Source: Heptranchias perlo
Lineage: Eukaryota
Assembly (NCBI RefSeq): GCF_035084215.1
Contig: NC_090366.1
Coordinates: forward strand, 10,292,001 to 10,356,000
Direction of reading: 5' to 3'
Length of the DNA: 64,000 nucleotides
Each line of letters opens with the position of its first letter. Positions within the stretch are counted from its first letter, which is position 1. The notes under the pieces were generated by a model. The model worked only from the letters and a program-made list of their open reading frames with translations, searched no databases and was not told the origin of the DNA. A program made the position numbers and the translations under genes. Of the stretch, positions 40,355-53,514 are shown in pieces.

Positions 40355-40612
40355 ATTCTACAGAAATCTGTGTGTAACTGTTTGCTGTGCCCAGGTTATT
40401 TTCAGCCACGCACCAATATTGTCCATCATCTTTCAAACTAATATTATGAAATATCTCTTTCAGTTCACTGGTGGAAGGCGTGCTGATCACTTCGCCATTT
40501 CTCATCCACCTTACACTGACCGGTGGGTTTCCCTCTGCCTTGCAATATATATACAATGAGCTTCCTTCCAGCGCTACTATAGAAGAATTGACCACTGGTT
40601 TCCGTGGTGCAT
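40355..40612 (-). CDS. Gene C Ig domain 5 (C2)
   Basis: APRKPVVNSSIVALEGSSLYIYC..DDGQYWCVAENNLG; phase 1-1. Confidence 0.92.
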
Positions 40613-41835
40613 CTGAAACAGACCAAGATTGAAGCAATCATAAGAACATGTTATAACAAAAATAATTCATGAGATTTTTAACCATTGAGTCAGTGACTGT
40701 TAGGACAGCAGAACACACCAAATGTCCGGTTACAATGCAGTGCAACGAGTCAGTACTTTGAATGGAGCAAATGTCAAGTCAATGCCAAGCGTATTCATTA
40801 TTGTTTGATACAGATGGAACTCCTAGAGAAGAGATTTGAAGTATTCCTTGTCGCTGTACTTCTAGAAGGACTCCAAAACGAAATGTTGGGAAAGTTATAT
40901 TCACCAATGGCTTCAAAATTAATTTAGTATAGTATTCATGTCTAGATGAAAATATGTTCTATTTCTAACGAGTTTCTTTGCTAATGCTGAATACTTTGTT
41001 CCATTTCTGCTGCAGTTAAAATTGCTCTTCTGTATCAAACTGATATCATCCAATTTTCTATATCGCCTTAATTGAATGCAATATCAATTGCTTTGATAGT
41101 TCAATGTTCTGCTACATAGTATTGTGTTCCAGATCAAAGAAATGGTTCCGCAGCATTTCATTCAGGTCTGTACCCACTGTAATGCGCCTCAGCAAAAGTT
41201 ACTGTTCTTGTGCAATGGAGCAGAGCGCAACATGGCATTGACATAGGGACCATCGTGGCACGGTTCAGCACCCTTTTCTGTTCTAAACATTAGATGTGGC
41301 ATATAGTTCTTAATCATACATTGGCGTTTTTATGAGTATAATTTCCCTCTCTGTTTGGCTCTCGTTTCTAACCATTGTTGAATCATTTGAATCTGTGCCA
41401 AGTCCCCTGTGCTTCTTTGTCGACATTGTTGCCACTCATTGCTCTGATCTTTTCGAAACTACCCGCTTCCTACGAGAGAGTTCTCTCTCTCTCTCTCTCT
41501 CTCACTTTCTTTCTCCCTCTATCACATTTGTTATAGATCCTACTCTCTCTTCAATCGGCTAATCTACATATTCATTTGTACAACTGATGGCTAAAGTGTG
41601 ATAAGTAATTATTGAAATGAAGGAATTTTCCTCTTTTGATCAAATTATGTTTACTCACAACAGATAATATCCAAGAAACTTAATAGTGCACACATGCTTG
41701 AAGTGGTGGTATGATATTTGTTTGTCAGATATTTGAACAGAGGCACGAATACTGAACAATTGATAAATGGATGTCGTGAAGATTTATTGGTCATTGTGTT
41801 AGTTTTCAAAAAGGAACATTAATTCTTAGACTTAC

Positions 41836-42096
41836 ATTCTACAGTGATGTACATCCAGCTCTTTGCGGTGCCATGTTTATTGCTTGCCTCACACTGGTAT
41901 TCTCCATCATCCTCATATTTTATGTCAGGAAAGTTCTTCGTTAGCACATTGTTTGAATAGGAGCTGTTAATCGGTTCACCGTCTTTCATCCATTGTAAAT
42001 GAGACTCTGGTTTACTGCGTGTGATGCAGTATATGAACACGGAACCACCCTCCCTTACTGTCAATGAGCAATTAACCATTGGTTTTGAAGGTGGAT
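41836..42096 (-). CDS. Gene C Ig domain 4 (C2)
   Basis: PPSKPMVN..VFIYC..W..DDGEYQCEASNKHG; phase 1-1. Confidence 0.92.
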
Positions 42097-42439
42097 CTGC
42101 CAAAGAGAAAGAGCACATTTTACAAATAACCATGTAAATTGTAGCACATTCGACCCTTATTGCCTGTGCTAGCGCTTTCATAGAAGCTGTCCACTATAAC
42201 CCTACTTTAATCCCCTTTCCCATATCATTTCATAATCTTCTTTTTCAAATATCCACATGATTCTCTTTCTAATGTTGTAATGCTCTGTGTCTGGTTGGGA
42301 AATTATGCTATAACGTTGCAGGTTTCAATTTACGCGTGAATAAAACTTCTGATCATGCTTCCATTGATAATCTAGTCTCTAATCCCCCTCGATAGCCATT
42401 TGTAAACTAATGGGAGATGATATCAATTACATACAGTCT

Positions 42440-42955
42440 ATAGGATAGAAACAAGTCATTCGGCCCAAATGGTCTATGTAGGTGTTTGTAGTCCACACGA
42501 GCCTCTTCCCACTCTGGTTACTTCTTTCCACCTTTTCCTTGTATCCCTCTATTCGCTTCGCCCTGATATTCGCACCAAGCCTCCCTTAAATGCATCGATG
42601 CTATCTGCTTTAACCACTTCATGTGGCAGCGAATTCTAAATACTCACCAGTCTTTGTGTAAAGAACTTCCTGCTAAATTCTTTATTTGATCTGTTGGTGA
42701 CCATCTTATTTTTATGCCCCTTTGTATTCGACTCTCACAAGCAGAAACAGTTTCTCTACGTCCATCCTACCGAAACCCTTCATAATTTTAAAATGTCAGG
42801 TCCGCCTCTTAGTCCACTCTTTTCCAGAGGGAATAGCCTCAGCCAGAACAATCTTTCCCGATAGTTGCTTCATTTCAATTCTGGTAACATCCTTGAAAAT
42901 CTTTACTGCACTATCTTCTGTGCGTCAATAACCCTTTTGTGGTATGGATACCAGT
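42440..42955 (-). mobile_element. Old CR1 fragment
   Basis: Reverse complement of a CR1 3' end, similar to 25905-26515. Confidence 0.7.
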
Positions 42956-43139
42956 GGGGTGAAATTGAATATGGGAGGAGGCGCTAAACAGGCGGTATCC
43001 CATCGCTCGCCAGTTGTACGCCATGCCCGATATTAAGTTCCATTAACTTTACTAGAACTGAATGTCTGGTATGCCAACTAACGGGCAGCAAACGCGATCC
43101 CGCCTGTTTTGCGTCTCTGCTCATGTCCAATTTCATCCC
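42956..43139. mobile_element. MITE-like element
   Basis: Termini GGGGTGAAATTG and CAATTTCATCCC. Confidence 0.55.
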
Positions 43140-43209
43140 AGGGAAGTGCACGGAGCACAGTTCATACTGATTTATGTATCCATATGCCCAGATGTTTCCA
43201 TAGGCGCAA

Positions 43210-43805
43210 GTTATACAGTTATACAGGGCCTTGGTGAGACCACACCTGGAGTATTGTGCGCAGTTTTGGTCCGCTTACCTAAGAAAGGATATACTTGCCA
43301 TAGAGGGAGTGCAGCGAAGGTTCACCAGACTGATTCCTGGGATGGCAGGACTGTCGTATGAGGAGAGATTGGGTCGACTCGGCCTGTATTCACTCGAGTT
43401 TAGAAGAATGAGAGGGGATCTCATTGAAACATATAAAATTCTGATAGGGCTAGACAGACTGGATGCAGGGAAGATGTTTACCCTGACTGGGGGGTCCAGA
43501 ACGAGGGGTCACAGTCTCAGGATACGGGGTAGGACATTAGGACTGAGATGAGGAGAAATTTCTTCACTCAGAGGGTGGTGAACCTGTGGAATTCTCTACC
43601 ACAGAAGGCAGTGGAGGCCAAGTCACTGAATATATTTAAGAAGGAGCTAGATAGATTTCTGGACACAAAAGGCATCAAGGGGTATGGGGAGAGAGCGGGA
43701 ATATGGTATGGAGATAGAGGATCAGCCATGATCATATTGAATGGCGAAGTAGGCTCAAAGGGCGGAATGGCCTATTCCTGCTCCTATTTTCTATGTTTCT
43801 ATGAT
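43210..43805 (+). mobile_element. CR1 3' fragment (younger)
   Basis: VRPHLEYCAQFW..RRMRGDLIETYK ORF and tail. Confidence 0.9.
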
Positions 43806-44930
43806 GTCTTTGCTCCTGGATGTCATTTAGTTTCTTACTTTGCAAATGACCTCCTTATTCCTCCTACCAAAATGAATCATCTCACACTTCACTACATTGA
43901 ATTGCACTGATTATTGATCCACCGACTCTGAAAGCCTGTTTATGTCTACGTGTATTTTGGTGCAGTCCTCCACACTATTATCTCTATGCCACAATGGTAT
44001 CATTTGCAAACGTCCACACCATGGGGGTAAAATTGGTCTGTGGCAATAGTGCAAAATGAGTGATAGTGAATTGGCATCTCATTTTACACCTATTTATTTT
44101 CCAATGAAAGCTCTAAAACGGAATACCCATTCCTTGTTGCTTGTTTTGCGCCACCGATGCACGGCAAATTTACTCTCTATGCCTCCAATTCCTGATTTAT
44201 ATATGTAGGAAGCAACAGCTTCCCTAGCACGGATCTCTGAGGGTCATCACGTCCCACTTTCTGTTAATCTGAGAAACTTCCCTTAGCTCTCACCCTCTGT
44301 TTTGTAAACATTTTTCACCCATTCCGCTGATGAGCCCCCGATTCCACCCACCCTGACTGTTGTCGTCAGTCTGTTACATGGCACCCGATTAACAATCTGA
44401 CAGGCCCACAGCGTGAAGGTTGGTAATTAGCTTTCTGTGTACCAGCCGATTGAATGGTTATTCCTACAGGACTGAAGAGTTTTACGGTCTCGTATAACCA
44501 ATGATACAAGGGTGGCATGCACTCCCATCGGACCTGAGTATCCTTCTGGGTTGAACCCTGAACCCTGCACTGAATGACTCAGAGGTGGGCCTGCGACTGC
44601 CAAGCCAACTGCTCCACTCGTTTATTTAGACAAGCTGCTGCTTGCATAAATTTTTAACTGTTCTCTCAGTGGAAAAGGAGGACTAATCAAAATTTATAGG
44701 GGTGAAATTGGTCGTGTGGGTGGTGCCAAACGGGCGAAAGCAAATAGAAAGTCCGTTTCACACCCTGTCCAATTTTCTCCACAGCCCGTTTTTCCCCATG
44801 TGTTTTACAATTAAACTGCTTTAAAATACGATATTGTAATTCGGTAATTTCTACTTATCATTCACTTCTGTAAAAAATAAGAAAATCAATGCCATCATTT
44901 TTCAAAGGATTGAACGTATTTTGTACTCAC

Positions 44931-45191
44931 ATTCAACAGTAATGTTTATGGAGCTGACAGCAAACCCGTGTTTATTTGTAGCATTGCAGAAATACTGCCC
45001 TTCGTTCTCAAATGTAATGTTGGAAAATTCTGTCTTCAAAATATTGTTTGAAGACGTGTCGCTGACAATTGCACCGTCCTTTATCCATCCTAAGCTGGAC
45101 TCTGGGTTACTTTGTGTTGAACAGAGAATGAATGCAGGTCTGCCCAACAGTATCACCGATGTGGAATTGGCCACAGGCTCGGTTGGTGGGT
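44931..45191 (-). CDS. Gene C Ig domain 3 (C2)
   Basis: ttgcag| acceptor, YPPTEPVANS..FILC..W..NEGQYFCNATNKHG, t|gtgagt donor. Confidence 0.92.
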
Positions 45192-45594
45192 CTGCAATAG
45201 AGAGTGTAACAGAGCACTGTTAACATATGAAGACTGTTCTGGGCAAGTTTGTCTCCTCTGTTTTGACATACCACCTTTCGGCTTCATCATTAGCTCCTGA
45301 TGAGACTTTCAACAATACACATATTTGAACACAAAGCCCAGAGAAGCGAGCTTCCAATATCTGCTCAGCAAAATACTCGAGCATATTTAGCCTGAAATTG
45401 GAAGAACTCCAATAACTCAGGGAACTTGAATTGAGGTTTAATTTGCAAAGGACGGAAAACAAATATTCCATTGTATATTATGTAGGGTTCACCAACATAA
45501 CAAATAGTCATTCCACTCTAATTAATTAAGAGGCACTTTGGGTTGATTCTGAAAGACTTCAAATGATGGGATATAAATACAAGCTCTTTCTTAC

Positions 45595-46660
45595 TATAAG
45601 AACATAAGAAATAGGAGCAGGAGTAGGCCATCCGGCCCCTCAAGCCTACTCCACCAATCAACAAGATCATGGCTGATCGTCTACCTCAACGCCATTTTCC
45701 TGCACCATCCCCATATCACTTGATGTCTTTAATATCTAGAAATCTATCGATCTCTTTGAATATATTCAATGACTGAACCTCCACAGCGCCCTGGGGTAAA
45801 ATTTCCAAAGTTTCACCACCCTTTGAGTGAAGAAATTTCTCCTCATCTCAGTCCTAAATGGTCTAACCCTTATTCTGAGGCTGTGATCCCTGGCTCTGGA
45901 CTCCCCAGCCAGGGGAAACATCCTCCCTGCATCTACCTGTCAATCCCTGTAAGAATTTTGTATGTTTCAATGAGATCATCTCTCATTCTTCTAAACTCTA
46001 GAGAATACAGGCCTAGTGTGCTCCATCTCTCCTCATACGACAATCCCACCATCCCAGGAATCAGTCTGGTGAATCTTCGTTGCACTCCCTCTATATCTGT
46101 CTATATCCCCTTGAAGCCTCTTTGCATTCTCCTTACAATTCACATTCCCACCTAGTTTTGTGTCATCAGCAAACTTGGTAATATTACATTTTGTCCCCTC
46201 GTCCAAATCATTGTGAATAGTGACTAGCTGGGGCCCAAGCACCGATCCCTGTAGTACCCCACTAGTCACAGTCTGCCAACCTGAGAAAGACCCGTTTATT
46301 CCTACTCTCTGATTTCTGTCTGTTAACCAATTCCCAATCCATGCCAGTATATTACTCCCAATTCCATGTGCTCTAACTTTGTTCACCAACCTCCTGTGCG
46401 GGACCTTATCGAAAGTCTTCTGAAAATCCAAATACACCACATCCACTGGTTCCCCCCTATCTATTCTACCAGTTACATCCTGAAAGAAGTCCAATAGGTT
46501 TGTCAAACATCATTTCGCTTTGATAAATCGATGTTGACTCTGCCAAATCCTATTATTATTTTCTAAGAGCTCTGTTATCACATCCTTAATAATAGATTCT
46601 AGCATTTTCCCTACTACTGACGTCAGGCGAACAATTCTGTACTTCCCTGTTTTCTCTCTC
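45595..46660 (-). mobile_element. CR1 RT fragment with internal deletion
   Basis: YLDFQKTFDKVPH, GVLQGSVLGP and KFADDTKL motifs, fused directly to the 3' end at ~46090. Confidence 0.9.
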
Positions 46661-46689
46661 CCTCCTTCTTCATTTTACGAGTTCTCTCA

Positions 46690-46790
46690 CTCGTTCTTCT
46701 TCTTTCTTTCTTCCTTTCTGTCTTTCTTTCATTCGTTCTTTCTTTCTTTCTCTCTTTCCTTCTTTCTTCCTTCTTGTCTTTTTTTTCCTC
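46690..46790. repeat. CTTT-rich microsatellite
   Basis: Direct reading. Confidence 0.8.
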
Positions 46791-47613
46791 CCCCATGCTC
46801 TACTTCACCCTAAGACCGTACTTACCTCGGCAGACCGTATATTATATAACCATAGAATGTTAGTTCTCATCCCTTGCAAATAAAATTTCAGTGTAAGGGC
46901 CCTGAAAGACCTGGGAGTAGACCTGTTCTCTAATAGCGCTAGTGACTATTTAAACCTGCTCCTCTGATTGTAATAACATGGCAGCATGTGGCGCTATTGG
47001 AAATGACAGATTGATACCATCAACTCCCGAGTTAAAGCAACAGAGCCAGCTATGTTTGCCGTTATCAACTTTCATGATTGGTTACCGACTGTGATCTGTT
47101 ATCTTTGTCAGTTTCTATTAAAATCTTTAATAAACTATTTTCTGTAAAACTTCTAGCTGTGAAGTTAGATTTTACTCTGTTATTTATTTAAATCCATTAT
47201 ACTTGTAGTCTGCCACCAATATTGGAGAGGCCCTTTTTCGGGTTCCCCCTATGATCCTGAATTTAATCCAAAAAACAGAGGCCCATAGAACTCCTTCGCC
47301 ATTGCCCTAAGTGAGATGGGCAGAAATCATCGGCCAGCAGTACAATTGCCATCTGCTGACTGCAATCGGCATTCCACAGATACTGATTTCAGATCGGGAT
47401 GATGCAGCATAATTGTAGCCTTAACTGACACGAGGCACAGGGGACGAAAGTGAATCCAGCAAATTTTCATATAATTACATCACATTGTTCCTATTTCATT
47501 CTTCCTGTCTACGGAGGCGGTGGATTAATTATACATTCCTACTGTTGAGGCACTTTCAGTCGTAAAGAGAAGTGGTTTGCACTTTCCTATGCAGACAAGC
47601 GAACAACACTTAC

Positions 47614-47937
47614 ACTGGACGTCCAATGTAATCATTTCTTGAACCCCGTGTGGGTGTCCTCCAAGCTGAATCTCACAGCCAATCATTTTACGGTCATGCT
47701 GACGCAAGGCTGTAAATATTAGCACAGAGGAAACTTTCTGTGATCCTTTCCAAACCGGATTGTCGAAACCCCTGTCGATGTCTTTACGTTCAGTGGTCAA
47801 ATTCGCAGCAGTCAATTCGCTGACCATAATCCATTTTAGATCAATTCTGGCATCAGGGCAACTGTGAACCAGCGAACACGTTACGCTCGCTGCTTGTCCA
47901 GCAGTGATTTCTTCGGACACTGATATACTGGGCTTCT
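47614..47937 (-). CDS. Gene C Ig domain 2 (Siglec-type C2 with CxxxHSCP)
   Basis: cttatag| acceptor, EKPSISVSEEITAGQAASVTCSLVHSCP..W..IGCEI..ITLDVQ, t|gtaagt donor. Confidence 0.92.
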
Positions 47938-49417
47938 CTATAAGATGAGAAGCAAAAGGGATGTTAATGTTGCGTTAAACGGAATGATATTCATTTTTAA
48001 TAGGAAGCACAGGATCGAATGTATTGAGATAACGCCGAGATCCCTTTTACCAGACAACCCATGGGGAAGCTGAACTGCTGATTTCTATTCCCACCAAAAA
48101 TCACTAACGGATACTTTTGCCAATCTTAGGATGCAATCAGTTACTACACGAAACCATTCAGCAATCTCACGGACACATAGTGACAATGGGGAAAGTCCGC
48201 GCTGTGTCTGAAATTTCACCGACACTCAGTTGCCACTGGAAACTTCCCCACTCTGTCTGCGGTCTCAGTGTCACATAGCTACGGTGCCAACTCTTCCTGT
48301 TCTGTCCCTGATCTCACTCGAACACAACCAACATTAGACCGACAACTGGAAGTTAGCTTTTAGCCTTCATACTTGGCGACAGGTTGCTGCAGAGGGTTCA
48401 GTGTATTAAAGCTCACGTATGATGCGGTCCAGGCTTAACATTGGAAGATAAGAACAACAGAAGCCCATCGAGACCCTCGAGCCTGGTCGAGACCCCCGGC
48501 CCAACCATCCAGCCTGAAGGGTTGAAAGGCATCTTGCTTTCCCAGCAATAATTGATATGAGGACAGGCAGTTTGAATCCAGCTTACAGTAGAATATCACC
48601 TCACAAATCTGTCCCAATTTGATGGCAAATTGAAGGGTCAGTAGGATGGTAGGATAAAGATGGAATATCTCGTAGAATGCCGTGCAGACAAATCTATTTT
48701 CAGGTTAGACTTCACACATTGCTGGGACAGAGTAGAGGGGCATCTATTCTATCTCTCATACCTGCTTCTACTGACCTTTGGACTCTAGTGGAATCAAGGG
48801 ATATGGGGATCGAGTGGGAAAATGGCGTTAAGGTCGAAGATCAGCCATGATCTAATTGAATGACGGAGCAGGCTCGAAGGGCCCTATGGCCTGGTCCTGC
48901 TCCTATTTCTTATATTCTTATGACCTGCAATATTTCTTGTTGACGCTTGGTGCCTGAAATTGAATGTCTCCGATCGTCCAACACTGACATCCCTCATCTG
49001 ATGGAACGCCAATCCTCCTAATTGACTAGTCTCACACGTCCAATTCATATGTTAGAACAAAATGCAAATATTGTGAACTTGCTTTCCTTGTCGAATGGAA
49101 TGCATAAAATGGAACGTGGACACAAACCAATCATGATTTCGTGTCCATTATACATTAATGGACCGAAATTCGAGAGAGGGCGTCCGTTTGATTTTCCCAT
49201 ACACTCCCGCATCGGGCAAGGCTCTGATTTGGGAATGACCATTTGTACAAATTATCCTTATATCTATATAAAATAGATGAATCATTTTACCTAAGGTCCC
49301 TATACTGCTATTTTTTTTTCTTTGGTCTCTTTTTAAAATTTATATTCACATTTTCCTTATATAACTGACATTTGCATTTGGGAATAGAAGCCATTTCAAT
49401 TCTAGTAGGCTAAAAAC

Positions 49418-50205
49418 GGGTAGTGGTTATGTTGCTGGACTACTAATCCAGAGGCCTGGAGCAATAATTCAGATGAAAGTGAGTACAAACCCCATTATGG
49501 CAGTTTTAGAATTTTTAAATACAATTTCACAAAGCAAAGTTTGGAAATAAAAAAGCTGCTCTCAGTAAAAGTGACCATAAACTCCCAATCGGTTCACTAA
49601 TGTCTATAAGACCATAAGAGATAGGAGCAGGAGTAGGCCATTCGGCCCCTCGAGCCTGCTCCGCCATTTAATGAGATCATGGCTGATTTGATTTTTACCT
49701 CAACTCCACTTTCCCGCCCTTTCCCCATATCCTTTGACTCCCTTGCTGATCAAACATTTGTCTAACTCAGCCTTGAATGTATTCAATGACTCAGCCTCCA
49801 CAGCTTTTTGGGGTAAGGAATTCCAAAGATTCACCACCCTCTCGGAGACGTAATTCCTCTTCATTTCCGTCTTAAGCGGGCGACCCCTTATTCTGAGACT
49901 ATTCCCCCTAGTTTTAGATTTCCCCATTGAAGACGGAAACCTATCGCCTGGCCAATATGTGACTCCTGACCCACATCAACGTGGTTGACTCTTAACTGCC
50001 TTGTGAAATGGCCTGGCAAACCACTCGTCTCTCTCAAACTGCTGCAAAGCCTATTGAGCTAACAACATTGTGGGAGCACCTTCACCACACGGGGTTGCAG
50101 TGGTCCAGGAAGAAGTCCCGCAAAAACCTTCTCAAGGGGCAACTACGAATGGACAATAAATGCCGGCCTTACCAGTGAAGCCCACGTCCTAAGAATTATT
50201 TGGTT
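49418..50205 (+). mobile_element. SINE family B sharing its 3' tail with LINE family B; interrupted by a CR1 3' end (49606-49928, minus)
   Basis: tRNA-like head; 50065-50200 aligns with the LINE end at 52860-53000. Confidence 0.72.
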
Positions 50206-50253
50206 TTTAAATTGAAAACAGCACTGAGTGAAAAGTAAGAAATGAAAACTCAC

Positions 50254-50607
50254 CAAAAACGGAAAGAAAGACGGGATCAGAGCGATGCCTTTTGCCGTCG
50301 AATGTTGCTGTGACGTAATATTCACCCCGATCTTCATTGCTGACGGGATGTATCCAAAAGGAGCATCCCATTGAATTTTGGATCATCAACCCACTGCGAT
50401 GTCGATATGCAGGGTCAACTGACTCTCGTCGTCTCGAATTGAAGAGGGTGGTGACTCCTGGTTCATTGGGGTTAAACCCTCCCTTTAACCACATCCAATT
50501 CATTCCAACCAATGAATGACCAGTGGTACAAGGAATCACCACACAGGAACCAACCAACACTGAGAGTTGTTTTGGCACCTGCACTGACCATTGTCCAATA
50601 AGAGCGG
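50254..50607 (-). CDS. Gene C V-set Ig domain (Siglec cysteine pattern, no F-strand Arg)
   Basis: ttctacag| acceptor, AALIGQWSVQVP..GSCVVIPC..W..GCSF..EDRGEYYVT..LSVF, g|gtgagt donor. Confidence 0.9.
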
Positions 50608-51596
50608 CTGTAGAAACAAATGAGAGTCGTTAAAAGATTTAAAGGATAGATGTCAAACTCACCACTCAGGGCGGAAAACTGGCGCCGTGTGTCGTCCACC
50701 CCTTGTAGAAACCGGCCGATTTTAATTTCCATTAGAAATGAAAATCAGGTGCTTTCTCTCACAGGCAGCAAATCCGCAACGCTATTTTCATGCCCCGGCA
50801 CAAGATGAAATTCGACCCCCCTGTTCTTTATGTTAAATGTAATTATATTTTAAAAAATCCTGGGCATGAATGGCATTAAATGAAAGAGAGTGAATCACCC
50901 TCTAGGAGGCTTCCGATTTGTTTTTAAAATGGCGGTTTGAACAAATACTTGCAAGACCTTTAAGGTAGAAAAACATCACAGACGTGGGGGTCAATTTTCA
51001 ACTGGCTCTTTCTTCGCCTTGTGCATTCACCCCTCTCTCTCGCTCTCCCTCAGAGGCGATCATTTTAATTTTGAGCCATGGTGTAAATCTGTTGATATCG
51101 GAAGGACCGATTTCCATTGATCTCAATGTGATGGTGAGTTGGATCGAATCAAAGGTCACATAAAGGTCTCGGAGGACCAGGGGGAACAATGCATCATGAC
51201 ATGTCAATTGCGAGTGTTTAGGGCCATTTTTATGTTGTGGGGGGTGAGGGGAGGGGAATTGAAACAGGAACATACTGTAGAACAATTACAACTTGGTAAA
51301 GCAGCAATTGGGAATGAATTATCGTTGTGTGATCTCTCAGGTCCTGTAAAGTGTTAATTAACTTTGCTGAACATATTCTATCTTGAACTTAATAATAGCT
51401 AACTTATCAAAGAACTCTTTCAGAGAATTTGGCTTGTGTTAGTTCCAACATTAGAAATCTCCACTCTTTTTTGAGGATGTTGTTGTAACACAATGAAAGC
51501 AGGATACCTCCTCTCCCTCAAGACAAGGTAAGCCTTGGCGTTTGGCCAACCCGATTAATGTAGATTGCACATTCGTTTTAAAAGGAATAGGAGAAG

Positions 51597-53002
51597 ACCT
51601 GTCCTCAAAAAGCAGAACAAATCCAATCCGGCCAATTACCGCCCCATCAGTCTACTCTCAATCATCAGCAAAGTGATGGAAGGTGTCATCGACAGTGCTA
51701 TCAAGCGGCACTTACTCACCAATAACCTGCTCACCGATGCTCAGTTTGGGTTCTGCCAGGACCACTCGGCTCCAGACCTCATTACAGCCTTGGTCCAAAC
51801 ATGGACAAAAGAGCTGAATTCCAGAGGTGAGGTGAGAGTGACTGCCCATGACATCAAGGCAGCATTTGACCGAGTGTGGCACCAAGAAGCCCGAGTAAAA
51901 TTGAAGTCAATGGGAATTAGGGGGAAAACCCTCCAGTGGCTGAAGTCATACCTCGCTCAAAAGAAGATGGTAGTGGTTGTTGGAGGCCAATCATCTCAGC
52001 CCCAGGACATTGCTGCAGGAGTTCCTCAGGGCAGTGTCCTAGGCCGAACTATCGTCAGCTGCTTCATCAATGACCTTCCCTCCATCATAAGGTCAGAAAT
52101 GGGGATGTTCACTGATGATTGCACAATGTTCAGTTCCATTCGAAACCTCTCAAATAATGAAGCAGTCCGAGCCTGCATGCAGCAAGACCTGGACAACATC
52201 CAGGCTTGGGTTCATAAGTGGCAAGTAACATTCGCGCCAGATAAGTGCCAGGCAATGACCATCTCCAGCAAGAGAGAGTCCAACCACCTCCCCTTGACAT
52301 TCAACGGCAATACCATTGCCGAATTCCCCACCATCAACATCCTGGTTGTCACCATTGACCGGAATCTTAACTGGACCAGCCATACTGTGGCTGCAAGAGC
52401 AGGTCAGAGGCTGGGTATTCTGCGGCGAGTGACTCACCTCCTGACTCCACAAAGCCTTTCCACCATCTACAAGGCACAAGTCAGGAGTGTGATGGAATAC
52501 TCTCCACTTGTCTGGATGAGTGCAGCTCCAACAACACTCAAGAAGCTCGACACCATCCAGGACAAAGCAGCCCGCTTGATTGGCACCCCATCCACCAACC
52601 TAAACATTCACTCCCTTCACCACCGGCGCACTGTGGCTGCAGTGTGTACCATCCACAGGATGCACTGCAGCAACTCGCCAAGGCTTCTTCAACAGCACCT
52701 CCCAAACCCACGACCTCTACCACCTAGGACAAGGACAGCAGGCACATGGGAACAACACCACCTGCACGTTCCCCCCCAAGTCACATACCATCCCGACTTG
52801 GAAATATATTGCCGTTCCTTCATGGTCGCAAGGTCAAAATCCTGGAACTCCCTTCCCAACAGCACTGTGGGAGAACCTTCACCATACGGATGCAGCGGTT
52901 GAAGAAGGCGGCTCACCACCACCTTCTCAAGGGCAGTTAGGGATGGGCAATAAATGGCGGCCTCGCCAGGGACGCCCACATCTCATGAACGAATAAAAAA
53001 AA
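51597..53002 (+). mobile_element. LINE family B RT fragment (young, 5'-truncated)
   Basis: 445-aa ORF with NYRPISLL, DIKAAFDRVWH, GVPQGSVLG and FTDD; poly-A tail. Confidence 0.93.
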
Positions 53003-53514
53003 CTGACGGCGGGGATTAGCGTGGCAGACCCGAGTAGGATTGTCACCCACATGGTAATGGATGGAGGAGGCATTTACTGACTGTCGTGAAAGAGAGGATA
53101 TTTAAATATGTTAATGCTGTCGATAGAACCTCTACTTAGAGTCTTTCTACAAACTCCGCTCCCTCTGCCAAATATTGAAAACCAGTGGGCGGGGCCTGGC
53201 AAGGAGGCACTCGGCCGGAGATTAGTGCGGAAAGCAACGGGCAGAACGGCCCAGGCGCTAGTTTAATCTAATATCTAAAGGACCAACTGGGAGTGGGTGT
53301 TGGGCGGAGGCCACATGCTGCCCAGCAGCACTGGAGCAAATTCCCACCGACCCCCAATCCCCTGATCTGCCGAAAAATAAGCGGGGCGTGGGTGGACGTG
53401 CGTGTAGAAAGCTCCAGCCCGGCATCTGTAAGCTGACTGGGTTTCCCTCCACTATATCAAGTCGCATTACTTCAACTCTGGTGGATTTAGTGAAGAAAAA
53501 AATACATAACGTAC

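Noticed and set aside
15888-50607. Rearranging Ig/TCR/IgNAR V segments
   Set aside because: V exons end in splice donors rather than RSS, lack the canonical F-strand Cys, and show the Siglec cysteine pattern.
50662-50732. Alternative first exon for gene C (MEIKIGRF...)
   Set aside because: Not hydrophobic, lies in a MITE-like repeat, and the intron would be only ~54 nt. The exon at 53515-53563 fits better.
51565-52902. Domesticated or host RT gene
   Set aside because: 5'-truncated LINE with altered catalytic motif (FTDD), terminal frameshift, poly-A tail and sibling copies in the window.
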